NCBI GenBank assembly: GCA_963665095.1
Contig: OY762069.1
Coordinates: forward strand, 448,001 to 512,000
DNA length: 64,000 bases
Source: an uncultured Desulfobacter sp.
GTDB taxonomy: Bacteria; Desulfobacterota; Desulfobacteria; Desulfobacterales; Desulfobacteraceae
Reading direction: 5' to 3'
The notes under the pieces are model-generated. The model ran no database searches, was not told the DNA's origin, and saw only the letters and a list, made by a program, of their open reading frames with translations. Below are positions 29,341 to 40,158 of the stretch, piece after piece. The position numbers and the translations under genes are program-made. How positions within the stretch are numbered: position 1 is the first letter of the stretch; every line of letters begins with the position of its first letter.

Positions 29341-29769
29341 AATGCTACTGTCATCAGGATCGGAAATTAAAAATGGGGCCGCCTATGCTGGAAAGCCAGA
29401 TTGACCTAAATGACAATCGTAAAAAACAACTTGGAAGATTGTTTGAGCTCATGCCGGATCTGTCTAAGCAGGTGGTAGAAGCATATAAAGACCCCATAAT
29501 CTGTAATCCTGGACCCTATTCCAGGGTGGGGTACAACCCCGTTCTTGCCTGATTTATATTCTTGAGTTGACACATTTCATACCGATGATACTTTATTATC
29601 TACGACCTGCGTCCCAGTAAATCTTTCATACTTAATCTCGCCCGTTTAGTTCTGAGGGCGATCAGTGATTATAGGTATGATTTATTGCAGATAAGGATGG
29701 GATAAGGCCGGTGAAAAATTATTGCGTTAAAATGCAGTATGAATCAATCAAATGAACGGGGGAATGACT

Positions 29770-29985
29770 ATGAAATGTTATGTTTGTGCACAAAACAAAG
29801 TTGAAACCGATGCCATTGCCATCTGTATTGTATGCGGTATGGCAGTTTGTCAGGATCATCTCGTTAGGGCGGATATTGACATGTGGGAAGGCGGATATCC
29901 CTTACCACCGAAAAAATTAAAAAAACAACTGCCCAGAATGTTGTGTAAAGAGTGTTATGACGCTGTTATCGGGCAGAAGGGATAG
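29770..29985 (+). CDS. Small Cys-rich putative Zn-binding protein (DUF2180-like)
   Basis: MKCYVC...AICIVCGMAVCQDH...CKEC. The track start is 29752. Confidence 0.7.
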   Translation: MKCYVCAQNKVETDAIAICIVCGMAVCQDHLVRADIDMWEGGYPLPPKKLKKQLPRMLCKECYDAVIGQKG

Positions 29986-30023
29986 GTAAAAACAACTAAG
30001 ATTTCAGCGTTGTGGTAAATTTG

Positions 30024-30061
30024 TGTACCTGACCCCTGTGCGGCAGCAGGCGTCAGGTACA
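30024..30061. terminator. Stem-loop after the DUF2180-like gene
   Basis: tgtacctgac...gtcaggtaca inverted repeat. Confidence 0.5.
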
Positions 30062-30386
30062 TTCAAATGTAAATTTGGATGATTCCTTAAAACGTCTTTC
30101 TGTCTTTTTCGAATTAAAAAAAATTTATCTTCCATGAAGCGTGTTCCGGGATGAGTATCATTTTTTCTGGCACGAACTAAATCAACCATATTCCCGATTA
30201 TTCTTCTTTACTTCGCTTTCTGATTTTTTTATACATTAGGACATTGTTAAGCGGTCTATTAATTTTATTTTAGAAAAAATTATCGGGTATCTCCAAAGAC
30301 TTGCCAGATGAATTTGCCGAAGATATACGACACTTGTCGTAATAGATCATAGATAACATTAAGTTAACATTAATTCAGGAGGAAAC

Positions 30387-31562
30387 ATGAAAAGGATTAC
30401 TTTTTTTCTGGCTGCTGTCATTGCAATTACTATGGTTTTTTCTTCATCGGCATTTTGCAAAAGAGAGACCATTATCAAAATCGGTATTAATGCGCCCCTG
30501 ACCGGTGATATCCCAAAGGTTGGTGAAGGATCCAAATATGCGGCTGAAATGTGGCTTCAGGATATTGAGAAGGCCGGCGGCCTTGAGGTTGGCGGAACCA
30601 AATACAAGGTTGAACTGGTTGTTGAAGATAATGAATCAAAGGCAGAGTCTGCAGTCAAAGCCAATACCAAGATGATCAGCCAGGATGACGTACTTGCCAT
30701 TATCGGGCCTCAGTCTTCCAAACAGGCAGTACCTGCCGGTGAAGTGGCCAATAAATATAAAACGGTTATGATCAGCCCCTGGTCCACCAACCCCGACACC
30801 ACCATGAACCGCCCCTTTGTATTCCGCGGCTGTTTTCTGGATCCTTTCCAGGGGCCTGTTGTGGCAAACTTCATCACTGATGAGTTCGGGTTCACCAAGG
30901 CAGCTGTGCTTTATGACGTGGCTTCCGACTATCCAAAAGGCCTTGCCGAGGTATTCAAAGATGCCTGGGAGAAAAAACATGGTGCCGGCTCCATTGCAGC
31001 CTTTGAGAGCTTTACTACAAAAGACACGGACTTCTCTTCACAGCTGACCAAAATCATTCAGTCTGGTGCCCAGGTGCTTTTCACCCCGCAGTACTACAAT
31101 GAAGTGCCTCTGATTGTAAAACAGGCCAAAGAGCTTGGATGGAAAGGACCTATTGTGGGTTCCGACTCCTGGGGATCTGCAGAGACGGTTGAGCTTTGCG
31201 GGGAAGCCTGCTACGGTCAGTTTTTCTCTTCCCACTACGCGGCTGCCGGTGCCAAAGGCGCAACCAAAGCATTTATTGAACGCTACAACAAAACTTACGG
31301 CTACATCCCTGATGATGTTGCCGCCCTTACCTGGGATGCCCTTCGTCTTGCCCAGCAGGCCATTGAGAATACCGGAAAGCTAACGGGCCGAATTGAGAAA
31401 GACCGCCAGGCAGTCCGGGATGCCCTTGCAAAAATTAAAAATTTTGAAGGTATCACAGGAAATATGACCTTCACGGAAGAGGGCGACCCCATCAAATGTG
31501 CTGTTATCGTTAAAATCAACGATCAGGGCGAGTACGAGTTCTACAAATCCGTATGCCCCTAA
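30387..31562 (+). CDS. livK: Branched-chain amino acid ABC transporter substrate-binding protein
   Basis: Signal peptide, IKIGINAPLTG, VEDNES, STNP, FRGCFLDPFQG, DTDFSSQLTKI. Confidence 0.88.
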   Translation: MKRITFFLAAVIAITMVFSSSAFCKRETIIKIGINAPLTGDIPKVGEGSKYAAEMWLQDIEKAGGLEVGGTKYKVELVVEDNESKAESAVKANTKMISQDDVLAIIGPQSSKQAVPAGEVANKYKTVMISPWSTNPDTTMNRPFVFRGCFLDPFQGPVVANFITDEFGFTKAAVLYDVASDYPKGLAEVFKDAWEKKHGAGSIAAFESFTTKDTDFSSQLTKIIQSGAQVLFTPQYYNEVPLIVKQAKELGWKGPIVGSDSWGSAETVELCGEACYGQFFSSHYAAAGAKGATKAFIERYNKTYGYIPDDVAALTWDALRLAQQAIENTGKLTGRIEKDRQAVRDALAKIKNFEGITGNMTFTEEGDPIKCAVIVKINDQGEYEFYKSVCP

Positions 31563-31597
31563 CGGGCTATGAAACCTGACTTACCAATAAAAATTTT

Positions 31598-31636
31598 AAT
31601 GACTGCCGCAATATCGTTACGCGGCAGTCATTTTTT
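31598..31636 (+). terminator. Stem-loop or terminator after livK
   Basis: aatgactgccgc...gcggcagtcatt followed by a T run. Confidence 0.7.
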
Positions 31637-31732
31637 AAACCATTCATAACAACATATATTAATTGTTGTGAATGAAACCTGGGTGAGACAATCTGTTCAC
31701 CCACGGCTGTTATTTTAACAGGAGTTGCTTAA

Positions 31733-32668
31733 ATGGAATCGTTTACTGATCTGATACAGTTTTTTATTCAGAACTTTATAAATGCACTCCAGCGGGGAAG
31801 CTTTTACGCCGTTATCTCCATCGGGTATTCCATGGTGTATGGCGTACTGATGCTCTTTAACTTTGCCCACGGAGATATCTTCATGCTGGGCACCTATATC
31901 GGTTTTGGAATCGCAACGCTTTTCCTTGCTTTATTTGCAGGCTTATTGCCAGGTCCTGTGATTTTTGTGGCCACCATTGTGGTGACCATGTTTTTAGCGT
32001 CCTGGATCGGGGTGTTTGTGGAAGTGGCAGGCTACAGACCGTTACGACAGGCTCCAAGAGCCTCGGCGGCCATTACGGGCCTTATGATCGGCATTATATT
32101 TGAAACCGGTATTTTAATTCTGTTAGGCGCCAAGCGGTTAAGCTTTCCTCCGCTCATTGAATCGGTCTCCTACAATGTGGGCGGTGTCTATTTTACCAAT
32201 GTCAAGGTGATGATCATTATCATCAGCCTTTTGCTTATGCTGGCGCTGCACACCTTTATCCAGAAGACCAAATGGGGTATGGCCATGCGCGCCATGTCCT
32301 ATGATTTTCTTGCCGTGCCCCTTATGGGTGTCTCCATAAACATCATTGCGCCGCTGACCTTTGCCATTGGTGCGGGCCTTGCCGCTGTATCAGGCATCCT
32401 TTACGGCCAGGCATATCCTATCCTGGACCCGTACATGGGGGTTCTCATTGGCTGGAAGGCCTTTGTTGCGGCCATTCTTGGCGGGCGGGGCTCCATTAAG
32501 GGGGCAGCCCTGGCCGGGTATCTCCTGGGTTTTATTGAAATATTTGTTGCAACCATATTTCCGTCTACCCTGAGGGATCTTATTGCCTATTCCATTATCC
32601 TTTTGATACTGACCTTCAGACCAAGGGGATTTTTCGGGATGGAGTACAGCACCAAACTTCGGCTGTAA
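31733..32668 (+). CDS. livH: Branched-chain amino acid ABC transporter permease
   Basis: GYSMVYGVL..FNFAHGD, KAFVAAILGG, RPRG. Confidence 0.9.
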   Translation: MESFTDLIQFFIQNFINALQRGSFYAVISIGYSMVYGVLMLFNFAHGDIFMLGTYIGFGIATLFLALFAGLLPGPVIFVATIVVTMFLASWIGVFVEVAGYRPLRQAPRASAAITGLMIGIIFETGILILLGAKRLSFPPLIESVSYNVGGVYFTNVKVMIIIISLLLMLALHTFIQKTKWGMAMRAMSYDFLAVPLMGVSINIIAPLTFAIGAGLAAVSGILYGQAYPILDPYMGVLIGWKAFVAAILGGRGSIKGAALAGYLLGFIEIFVATIFPSTLRDLIAYSIILLILTFRPRGFFGMEYSTKLRL

Positions 32669-32707
32669 TTTTTTACCTCTTTACCCGTTTTTAGAAAGAT
32701 TCGTGCT

Positions 32708-33970
32708 ATGAAGATTGTACAATCAATTAAAAAATTCCATTCCAATATACCCATGGCAGGCTGGCTCTTAGGATTTCTGGCTGCTGCTTTAATTGAGTAT
32801 TTCTGGGGATACGATTATATTTCCTACTATCTGGGCCTGCCTAAAATTCCTGTGCTGTTCGGTGCTATTCTGATGTTGAAAGACCCGATGATGATACCCG
32901 GGACCCTGGCCTATGACCTTATTGTATATATCCTTCCCATTTGTATTGTAGGGAAAGCGTCCACGTTTTTCACCAACCCGCTGGCAGGAGCCATGGAAAA
33001 AATGCCGTTATGGCTTTCTGTGCTGATTCACCTGTGCTGTTTTTACGGCATACTCGCGCTTTGGGCCGGGATTAATGACTACCGGGTTCTTGTGGTGAAA
33101 CTGACACTGATTTCCATTATCCTGACCATCAGCATCAACGTGATCAACGGCTACCAGGGTGAGTTCTCATGCTCCCATCCCGGTTTCATGGCCATTGGCG
33201 CCTATGTCTCCTCGGTGATAACCCTGTTTCTATTTGTGAATGACAATATTTTCGGAGCGGCTGTGCTGCCGCCCTTTCTTGCCCCGTGGCTTTTCCCCTT
33301 TGCCCTGATTGTAGGCGGGCTTGCCGCCGCCATTGGGTCGCTTTTAGTGGCCATTCCATCTTTCAGGACCCGGGGGGACTATCTTGCCATCATCTCCCTG
33401 GCCTTTATGTTTATTGTAAAAAGCGCGGTGGAAAATCTTAATATCATCGGCGGCGCCCGGGGGATGGGGGGGCAGCCAGATCTGGCCCCGCTTCATGTGA
33501 TTTTTATCTGGACCATGCTGTGCATTTGGGTGGTTCACAATTTTGTCACCTCCATCATGGGTAAAGCGCTCAATGCTGTGCGGGATGATGAGGCTGCTTC
33601 GGAATCCATGACGGTGAAGACCCGTAAAACAAAGATGACGGCATTCATGTTCGGCGCATTCTGGGCGGGTGTGGCCGGCGGGCTTTTTGCCCATGTGCTG
33701 GCCTATATAAACCCGGGTATGTTCAGCATTAACCGGCTGGCAGAGATCCTTGCCATGGTCTATTTCGGAGGACTTAACTCCATCGTGGGTTCCATTGTAG
33801 GGGCTGTTTCCATTAACATCTTAGGGGAGGCATTGCGGCCCCTTGAACTGTTTAAGTGGATCATTATTCCGCTGATATTGATTTTTGTCATGATCTTCCG
33901 GCCCTACGGCCTGATCTCCTTCCGGGAGCTCAACGCGAAAAAACTGCTTGCGGCCAGAAAGAATAAATAA
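32708..33970 (+). CDS. livM: Branched-chain amino acid ABC transporter permease
   Basis: GYQGEFSCSH, RTRGDYLAI, AVRDDEAA, FRPYGL. Confidence 0.88.
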   Translation: MKIVQSIKKFHSNIPMAGWLLGFLAAALIEYFWGYDYISYYLGLPKIPVLFGAILMLKDPMMIPGTLAYDLIVYILPICIVGKASTFFTNPLAGAMEKMPLWLSVLIHLCCFYGILALWAGINDYRVLVVKLTLISIILTISINVINGYQGEFSCSHPGFMAIGAYVSSVITLFLFVNDNIFGAAVLPPFLAPWLFPFALIVGGLAAAIGSLLVAIPSFRTRGDYLAIISLAFMFIVKSAVENLNIIGGARGMGGQPDLAPLHVIFIWTMLCIWVVHNFVTSIMGKALNAVRDDEAASESMTVKTRKTKMTAFMFGAFWAGVAGGLFAHVLAYINPGMFSINRLAEILAMVYFGGLNSIVGSIVGAVSINILGEALRPLELFKWIIIPLILIFVMIFRPYGLISFRELNAKKLLAARKNK

Positions 33971-33981
33971 GGAGCAATACC

Positions 33982-34755
33982 ATGACGCCTTTGCTTCATG
34001 TAAATAAAATGACCCACTATTTCGGGGGATTACGTGCGGTTTACAACTATAATTTAATGGTTGCACCACACCAGATTGTGGGCCTGATCGGCCCCAACGG
34101 TGCGGGGAAAACAACCGTTTTTAACCTGATTACAGGGGTCTATACCCCCACAGAAGGCAGTATTACACTTGAAAATGAAAATATCGTGGGCCTGGAAACC
34201 AATGAAATAGCAGCCAAAGGGCTTGGCAGAACATTTCAGAATCTTGCTTTGTGGCGACATATGAATGTCCTGGATCATATCAAGATGGCGCACTATTCCC
34301 AGCTCACCTACGGTCTGCTTGACGCATTTTTCAATACAGGCAAATGCCGGAAAGAGGAAGCCAGAGCTGAAGAGAACGCCTACCGCCTTCTGGAGCTTTT
34401 TGATATCAAACAGCATGCGGACCAGCTGGTTACAAGTCTTCCCTATGGAGCCCAGCGGCGGGTGGAGATGGCCCGGGCCATGGCCACCAACCCCAAGGTG
34501 CTGTTCCTGGATGAACCCACCGCTGGCATGACCCCTGATGAACTGATCCAGATGATTAAAATTATCAGACAGGTACACCAGGATTTCGGAGTGGCTATTT
34601 TTCTGATTGAACATCGCATGAAATTTGTAATGGAGCTTTGCCAGCATATCCAGACCCTGGTGTTTGGCGAAGTGATTGCCGAAGGACCTCCTGAAGAGAT
34701 CCAGAACAACCCACAGGTGATTGAAGCCTATCTCGGCAAGGAGGATTTGACCTGA
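33982..34755 (+). CDS. livG: Branched-chain amino acid ABC transporter ATPase
   Basis: FGGLRAV, GPNGAGKTT, LPYGAQRRVE, DEPTAG, VIEAYLG. Confidence 0.92.
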   Translation: MTPLLHVNKMTHYFGGLRAVYNYNLMVAPHQIVGLIGPNGAGKTTVFNLITGVYTPTEGSITLENENIVGLETNEIAAKGLGRTFQNLALWRHMNVLDHIKMAHYSQLTYGLLDAFFNTGKCRKEEARAEENAYRLLELFDIKQHADQLVTSLPYGAQRRVEMARAMATNPKVLFLDEPTAGMTPDELIQMIKIIRQVHQDFGVAIFLIEHRMKFVMELCQHIQTLVFGEVIAEGPPEEIQNNPQVIEAYLGKEDLT

Positions 34756-35468
34756 TGCAGCTTAATGTAAAAAATTTAAAGGTTTCCTACGGCAACATCA
34801 AGGCCCTGCACGGGCTTGACTTCAGCATTGATGCCGGTGAAATTGTCACCATTATCGGGGCCAATGGTGCGGGAAAAAGCACAACACTTCGAGCCATTTC
34901 CAGAATGGTGCCCAGCGAACCGGGTTCCACCATTGAATTTGAAGGTCAGGATGTGCTTTCCTATGCTACGGACAAAGTGGTCAATAAACTTGGGATTTCC
35001 CATGTCCCTGAGGGCCGCAGAATTTTTGGCAATCTTACGGTGACGGAAAATTTAACCCTTGCCTGTTTTGCCAGAAAAGATACTTTTCAGATTGAAAAGG
35101 ATAAAAAGTGGGTGTTTGATCTTTTCCCCCGTCTTGAAGAGCGGAAGAATCAGGTGGCCGGCACCCTGTCCGGCGGGGAGCAGCAGATGCTGGCCGTGGG
35201 ACGGGGATACATGAGCGGCAGAAAACTTATGATCCTGGACGAGCCCTCCATGGGCCTTGCCCCCTTACTCATGCTGGAGATGTTTGATGCCCTTAAGGAG
35301 ATCAACAAATACGGCACTACAATACTGCTGGTGGAACAGAATGCCCGGCTTGCCCTTAAATTTGCCCAGAGAGGCTATGTGATTGAACACGGTTCTCTGG
35401 TGCTTGAAGGTCCTGCAGATAAACTGCTTGATGATCCCGAGGTGAAAAAGGCCTATCTGGGCGCGTAA
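34755..35468 (+). CDS. livF: Branched-chain amino acid ABC transporter ATPase
   Basis: GANGAGKST, VPEGRRIF, LSGGEQQM, DEPSMGLAP, VEQNA. Confidence 0.92.
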   Translation: MQLNVKNLKVSYGNIKALHGLDFSIDAGEIVTIIGANGAGKSTTLRAISRMVPSEPGSTIEFEGQDVLSYATDKVVNKLGISHVPEGRRIFGNLTVTENLTLACFARKDTFQIEKDKKWVFDLFPRLEERKNQVAGTLSGGEQQMLAVGRGYMSGRKLMILDEPSMGLAPLLMLEMFDALKEINKYGTTILLVEQNARLALKFAQRGYVIEHGSLVLEGPADKLLDDPEVKKAYLGA

Positions 35469-35503
35469 TTTTTAGCCTGAGAGACCTGTTGCCGCTTGGT
35501 TAC

Positions 35504-36955
35504 TTACTGCTTCCAGAATTCCGGCACCAGAAGAATAATCACTGTATAAATTTCCAGGCGTCCTGCCAGCATACACCAGGACAAAAGCCATTTGCCGGCC
35601 TGGGGAAGGTGCGCAAAGTTCTCAGCAGGCCCTACCGTGCCAAATCCCGGACCAATGTTTCCGATGCACGAGGCCGTGGCACCCAGGGAGGTCAGCAGGT
35701 CCACCCCCATGGCGGCAAGAAGAATGGTGGCCACCACAAAGATAAGAATATAAAGGGCGATAAACCCCATGATGGAACGAAGAAGTTCTTCCGGGATCAG
35801 GGTATTGTTCAGCTTAACATGGCTGACGCTTCTGGGGTGAATCAGTTTGAACAGCTCCCGGTAGCAGTATTTGATACACACAATGATCCGGGCACACTTC
35901 ATGCCGCCGCCGGTGGACCCGGCACTGGCCCCCATGAACATGCCAAAAAACAAAATGGCCTGGGAAAACCCCGGAAACAGTTCGTAGTCTGCGGTGGCAT
36001 AGCCGGTGGTGGTGACAATGGAGACCACCTGAAATACTGCGAACCTGAATGATTTGGAAAAGCTGTCATAGAGTGGGCCCCAGATGTTCAGGGTAATGGC
36101 CATGGTACAGACAAAAACAACGCCTAAAAAGAACCTGCATTCAGAATCTTTCCAGAACGCCAGGCCATTTCCCAGAAGGATCTGGTAATGCAGGGAAAAG
36201 TTAATTCCGGCCAGCAGCATAAAGATGGTAATTGTATAGTCAAAATACGCTGAATCATAATGGGCAATGGACAGATTCTTAGGCGAAAATCCACCCGTAG
36301 GAAGGGTGGTCAGCGCATGACAGATTGATTCAAACAGATTCATGCCCCCAAGGTAAAGAAACAGGCCAAGGGCCAGGGTCATGCCGGCATAAACAATCCA
36401 CAGAATTTTGGCTGAATCGGAGAGCCGCGGCGTCAGTTTATCCGGTACCGGGCTTGGCACTTCGGCTTTATATAACTGTATGCCACCCACCCCTAAAAAG
36501 GGAAGAATGGCCAGGGAGAGAACAATGATGCCCATACCACCCAGCCACTGGATCAGGCTTCGCCAGAACAAAAGGCTTGGGGCGGCCCCTTCAATATTGG
36601 TCATCACAGAAGAGCCTGTGGTGGTGAATCCGGAGACTGATTCAAAAAACGCATCTGTATACGTTGAGAAATCAGGGGCCAGAAAAAAGGGCAGAGCCCC
36701 GAAAAGCCCGATACACAACCAGCCCAGGGCAACAACCGCAATGCCTTCCCGCTGGTTGATATAATCATATTCGCCGGCTTTCTTGGACACCATGACCATG
36801 CATGCGCCCATGACCATGGTGGTTGCCATGGCTGCCAGGTGGCCCTGATGTGCCCCGTCCCTGAGTATCAGACTGCAGATCAGCGGCAGGGCCATGGAAA
36901 GACCAAGTACAAAGAGCAGAAAACCAATGATCCTGGAAATAAACGGCCAGCGCAT
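35504..36955 (-). CDS. trkH: Trk K+ uptake membrane protein
   Basis: FESVSGFTTTG, QWLGGMG, TTTGY, GSTGGG, GNIGPG, GRLE. Confidence 0.93.
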   Translation of the reverse strand: MRWPFISRIIGFLLFVLGLSMALPLICSLILRDGAHQGHLAAMATTMVMGACMVMVSKKAGEYDYINQREGIAVVALGWLCIGLFGALPFFLAPDFSTYTDAFFESVSGFTTTGSSVMTNIEGAAPSLLFWRSLIQWLGGMGIIVLSLAILPFLGVGGIQLYKAEVPSPVPDKLTPRLSDSAKILWIVYAGMTLALGLFLYLGGMNLFESICHALTTLPTGGFSPKNLSIAHYDSAYFDYTITIFMLLAGINFSLHYQILLGNGLAFWKDSECRFFLGVVFVCTMAITLNIWGPLYDSFSKSFRFAVFQVVSIVTTTGYATADYELFPGFSQAILFFGMFMGASAGSTGGGMKCARIIVCIKYCYRELFKLIHPRSVSHVKLNNTLIPEELLRSIMGFIALYILIFVVATILLAAMGVDLLTSLGATASCIGNIGPGFGTVGPAENFAHLPQAGKWLLSWCMLAGRLEIYTVIILLVPEFWKQ

Positions 36956-38319
36956 CAGAAGAAACCCAGCTTCACAGTGAGCATTTTTTCAAGCTTTTTA
37001 ACTGCCGCCTGAACCGCAAAAAGAATGATTCTGTCCCCGGGCTGCACCGTACTTTGGCCGGAGGGGATGATGATTTCCTCCTGCCGGGTGATACAGACCA
37101 GAAGAGTACCCTTGGGAAAGGATATATCTTTGAGCGGCCCCTTGGTGATGGTGGAGGATGCCAGGGCTACCGCTTCAATAAATTCGCCCTGTTCACCAAA
37201 TATGGAGATGTCCGAGATAACATTGCCCTGTCGGATATCCTGGAGAATGGAGGATACCGCAGACACCCGGGGGCTGACCACCTTTTCAATGCCGATGGTT
37301 GACAGAAGCGGGTAATAACCGGCTTTGCTTATGCGGGTAATGGTATTGTTCACGCCCATGTTTTTAGCCAGAAGGGAAACCAGAATATTGGTTTCATCGT
37401 CATTGGTGACTGAAACCACCGCATCCATATGGCTGATATTCTCTTCTATGAACAGTTTCTGGTCTCCACCGTCTCCGTGGAGCACTACGGCTTTTTCCAT
37501 TTGCATGGAAAGGGTATCGCATCGCTCCAGGTTCGATTCTATAATTTTAACCTGGATATTATCCTTTTCCAGCGAACAGGCAAGCTTGGCCCCGATGCGG
37601 CCGCCGCCGACAATTAGCACTTTTTTGACCGGATTAATGGTCACCCCTAAAAGATTAAGGGTTTTTTCAAGGTTGGTGGTATCGCAGACAAAGTAGATCA
37701 AATCTCCGGCAAGGGGCTTGTCCTTCCCCCTGGGAACAATCACGTTGCTGCCACGGACAATGGCGGCAATTAAAGGGCGGTCCTGACCGAAAACGTGGTA
37801 AAACTGTGATAATTCCATGCCGGCGATGGGGGAGTCCGGTGACAGCCGCATACCCACATATCTAACCTTGCCGTCTACAAATTCTCCCTTATCAATGGCC
37901 CCGGGAATGGTCATCAGCTTTCGGATGGTTTTTACCACCTCTGCTTCCGGGTTGATAATGTTATCAATGTGAGGGGCTTCGTTTTTCAGGCTGGTGTGAA
38001 AGGGGACAAACTCTTCGTTGCGCAGGCGGACAAGTTTACGTGTCATGGGCGAAATCTGGTTGGCAATCAAACAGGATACAATATTGATTTCATCACTGTC
38101 CGTTACTGCCAGAAGTATATCTGCACCAATAATTCCAGCCTGCCGCAGTGTCTCCGGATTACTGCCCGATCCTGTTACAACCTTGACATCCAGGTCTTCC
38201 GCAATCTTTCTGGTGGCAAGAGCGTCTGTGTCAACCACCACAACGTTCTTGCTTTCAAGGGCCAGTCGGCTGGCAATGTTGTATCCCACGCCACCGGCAC
38301 CGATAATCACAATTTTCAA
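36955..38319 (-). CDS. trkA: Trk K+ uptake NAD-binding regulatory subunit
   Basis: Two RCK/Rossmann domains (IIGAGGVG; IVGGGRIG), VTDSDEIN, DDETN. Confidence 0.93.
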   Translation of the reverse strand: MKIVIIGAGGVGYNIASRLALESKNVVVVDTDALATRKIAEDLDVKVVTGSGSNPETLRQAGIIGADILLAVTDSDEINIVSCLIANQISPMTRKLVRLRNEEFVPFHTSLKNEAPHIDNIINPEAEVVKTIRKLMTIPGAIDKGEFVDGKVRYVGMRLSPDSPIAGMELSQFYHVFGQDRPLIAAIVRGSNVIVPRGKDKPLAGDLIYFVCDTTNLEKTLNLLGVTINPVKKVLIVGGGRIGAKLACSLEKDNIQVKIIESNLERCDTLSMQMEKAVVLHGDGGDQKLFIEENISHMDAVVSVTNDDETNILVSLLAKNMGVNNTITRISKAGYYPLLSTIGIEKVVSPRVSAVSSILQDIRQGNVISDISIFGEQGEFIEAVALASSTITKGPLKDISFPKGTLLVCITRQEEIIIPSGQSTVQPGDRIILFAVQAAVKKLEKMLTVKLGFF

Positions 38320-38552
38320 GGGGAAACTCCTTGTTCTATGTCAAGAATCAGGATTGGCTTACCATTTGGCCGATTTTTACTATATTTGGCAAGGCGCTGT
38401 CAACTCGGCAGAATCAGGGAAAGAGGGGTGAATATTTGAGTTTGTATTTGGTTGTAAAGGTGTGTGTGGTTTAAAAGCGTAAAAATTCAATTGGTTATAT
38501 GTCTAATTGCGGGCTTTTGATTAACGGTGTTCACCGTATCATGTTCTTGAAA

Positions 38553-38584
38553 ATACCGGCCTATCCCGAAAGATAGGCCGGTAT
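38553..38584 (-). terminator. Intrinsic terminator after the SLC13 gene
   Basis: ataccggcctatc...gataggccggtat hairpin. Confidence 0.7.
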
Positions 38585-38623
38585 ATTTCAATGTGGTCTG
38601 TTAAAATTTATTTGGACTGGTTT

Positions 38624-40102
38624 TTACATGGTTGTAATGGGCATACCCATGAGCTTCCATAAAAATACAGACAACCCCACAACCACCATGAGAATGATGC
38701 TGGCCGGAATACCGTACATGAAAAATTCGCCTGTGGTAAACTGTTTGGAATCGTAGGCAATGGCGTTGGGTGCAGCGCCAACCAGCAGAAGGAAGGGCAT
38801 ACCTGCCGTGACAAGGGATGCAAACAGGATGACTTCAGGGGCCACATGCAGGTAAGGTGCGATAACCAGTGCCACGGGCAGGGAGATGGCTATGGCTGCC
38901 ACGTTCATGATAAAGTTGGTCATGATCATGACAAAGAAAGCAATGCTTAAAATAAACACAAAGTAATTGGCTTTCTGGAACATGGTCAGCCAGTTGATGG
39001 CCAGCCATTCGGCAGCCCCTGTTTCCCACAGGCAGAAACCGATACTCATGGCACCGCCAAAAAGCAGGATGATATTCCAGGGAATAGTTTCAAGGTCTTT
39101 TATGTCTAATATATTGAAGATGAAAAACAGAACAGTTGCCACAAGCATGATTGCATTTTTGTCCAGGTTGGCTATGGCGGGGATAAACTGTTTTATGGAC
39201 ATAATAGCGATGGCTGTAAAGATGATGCTGGCTGCCAGGATCTCCTGTTTTGTAATGCCGCCCATGGCTTTTCCAAGAGCCTTGGCCTTTTCTCTGATGC
39301 CGGGAATGGTCTTTTTTTCAGGCTTGCAGAAAATCATGAAAAAGCCCCAGAGGATAAATGTCATGGCCCAGCCCACCGGTGCCATATAAAAGCTCAGTTC
39401 AAAAAAGGAGACATCCCGACCGACAATGTCCTTAAAAAAGCCAATGGCCACAGCACCCCGGGCAGCACCTAACAAGGTGATAATTGAGCCGGCACCTGCC
39501 ACGAATGCCATACCAATGAACAGTCCTTTGCCAAATTTAGTGGGACCGGGTTCATCTGTATACATTCCGTAAATGGTCATCAAAAGTGGAAACATGGTCG
39601 CAGCCACTGCGGTGTGGGCCATGATATGGGTCAACGCTGCAGTTACTACAAAGCAGCCCAAATATATCATGCTGGTTTTTTCTCCTACAATGGCGAGCAT
39701 TTTGTAAGCCAGTCGTTTGGTCAGACCTGTTTTGGTAAATACCATGCCGATTACCAGGGAACCGAAGATAAACAGAACGGACGGGGTCATGAAGTCTTTC
39801 AAAGCCTCTTTGGCTGTCCGAACCATAAAAAGAACCTGCAAAGCACCTAAGGCCAGACTGGTTACACCAATAGGTACCACCTCAAACACCCACCAGGTGC
39901 CGGCCAGCAGAAAAATGGCAAGTGCCCCTTTTCCCTGCTGGCTTAATACAAAATGTTTTCCGGTGGGATCCACAGCATCGGGCCAGGCCGGAGAGAAATT
40001 GACAATGGCGAACAGGGTGACGCCGATTAAAATAAACAGAATTCTTTTCCAATCCAGCTGTGTTTTGGGTGCATCTGCGTTTTGGGTTGTCATTTGCCTC
40101 AT
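38624..40102 (-). CDS. SLC13/DASS family Na+:anion (sulfate or dicarboxylate) symporter
   Basis: WWVFEVVPIGVT, TGLTKRLA, PWNIILLFGG, TNFIMNVAA, GAAPNAIAY. Confidence 0.88.
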   Translation of the reverse strand: MRQMTTQNADAPKTQLDWKRILFILIGVTLFAIVNFSPAWPDAVDPTGKHFVLSQQGKGALAIFLLAGTWWVFEVVPIGVTSLALGALQVLFMVRTAKEALKDFMTPSVLFIFGSLVIGMVFTKTGLTKRLAYKMLAIVGEKTSMIYLGCFVVTAALTHIMAHTAVAATMFPLLMTIYGMYTDEPGPTKFGKGLFIGMAFVAGAGSIITLLGAARGAVAIGFFKDIVGRDVSFFELSFYMAPVGWAMTFILWGFFMIFCKPEKKTIPGIREKAKALGKAMGGITKQEILAASIIFTAIAIMSIKQFIPAIANLDKNAIMLVATVLFFIFNILDIKDLETIPWNIILLFGGAMSIGFCLWETGAAEWLAINWLTMFQKANYFVFILSIAFFVMIMTNFIMNVAAIAISLPVALVIAPYLHVAPEVILFASLVTAGMPFLLLVGAAPNAIAYDSKQFTTGEFFMYGIPASIILMVVVGLSVFLWKLMGMPITTM

Positions 40103-40158
40103 AACTCCTTTTGTTAAAAGATAATTGGGTTTTATTCATAATCGTATTTTCAGATCGT

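Noticed and set aside
29325..29552. 75-aa ORF after the cNMP genes, possibly a gene remnant starting MLESQIDLN
   Set aside because: It overlaps the upstream gene and has no motif I can assign with confidence. A homology search would be needed.
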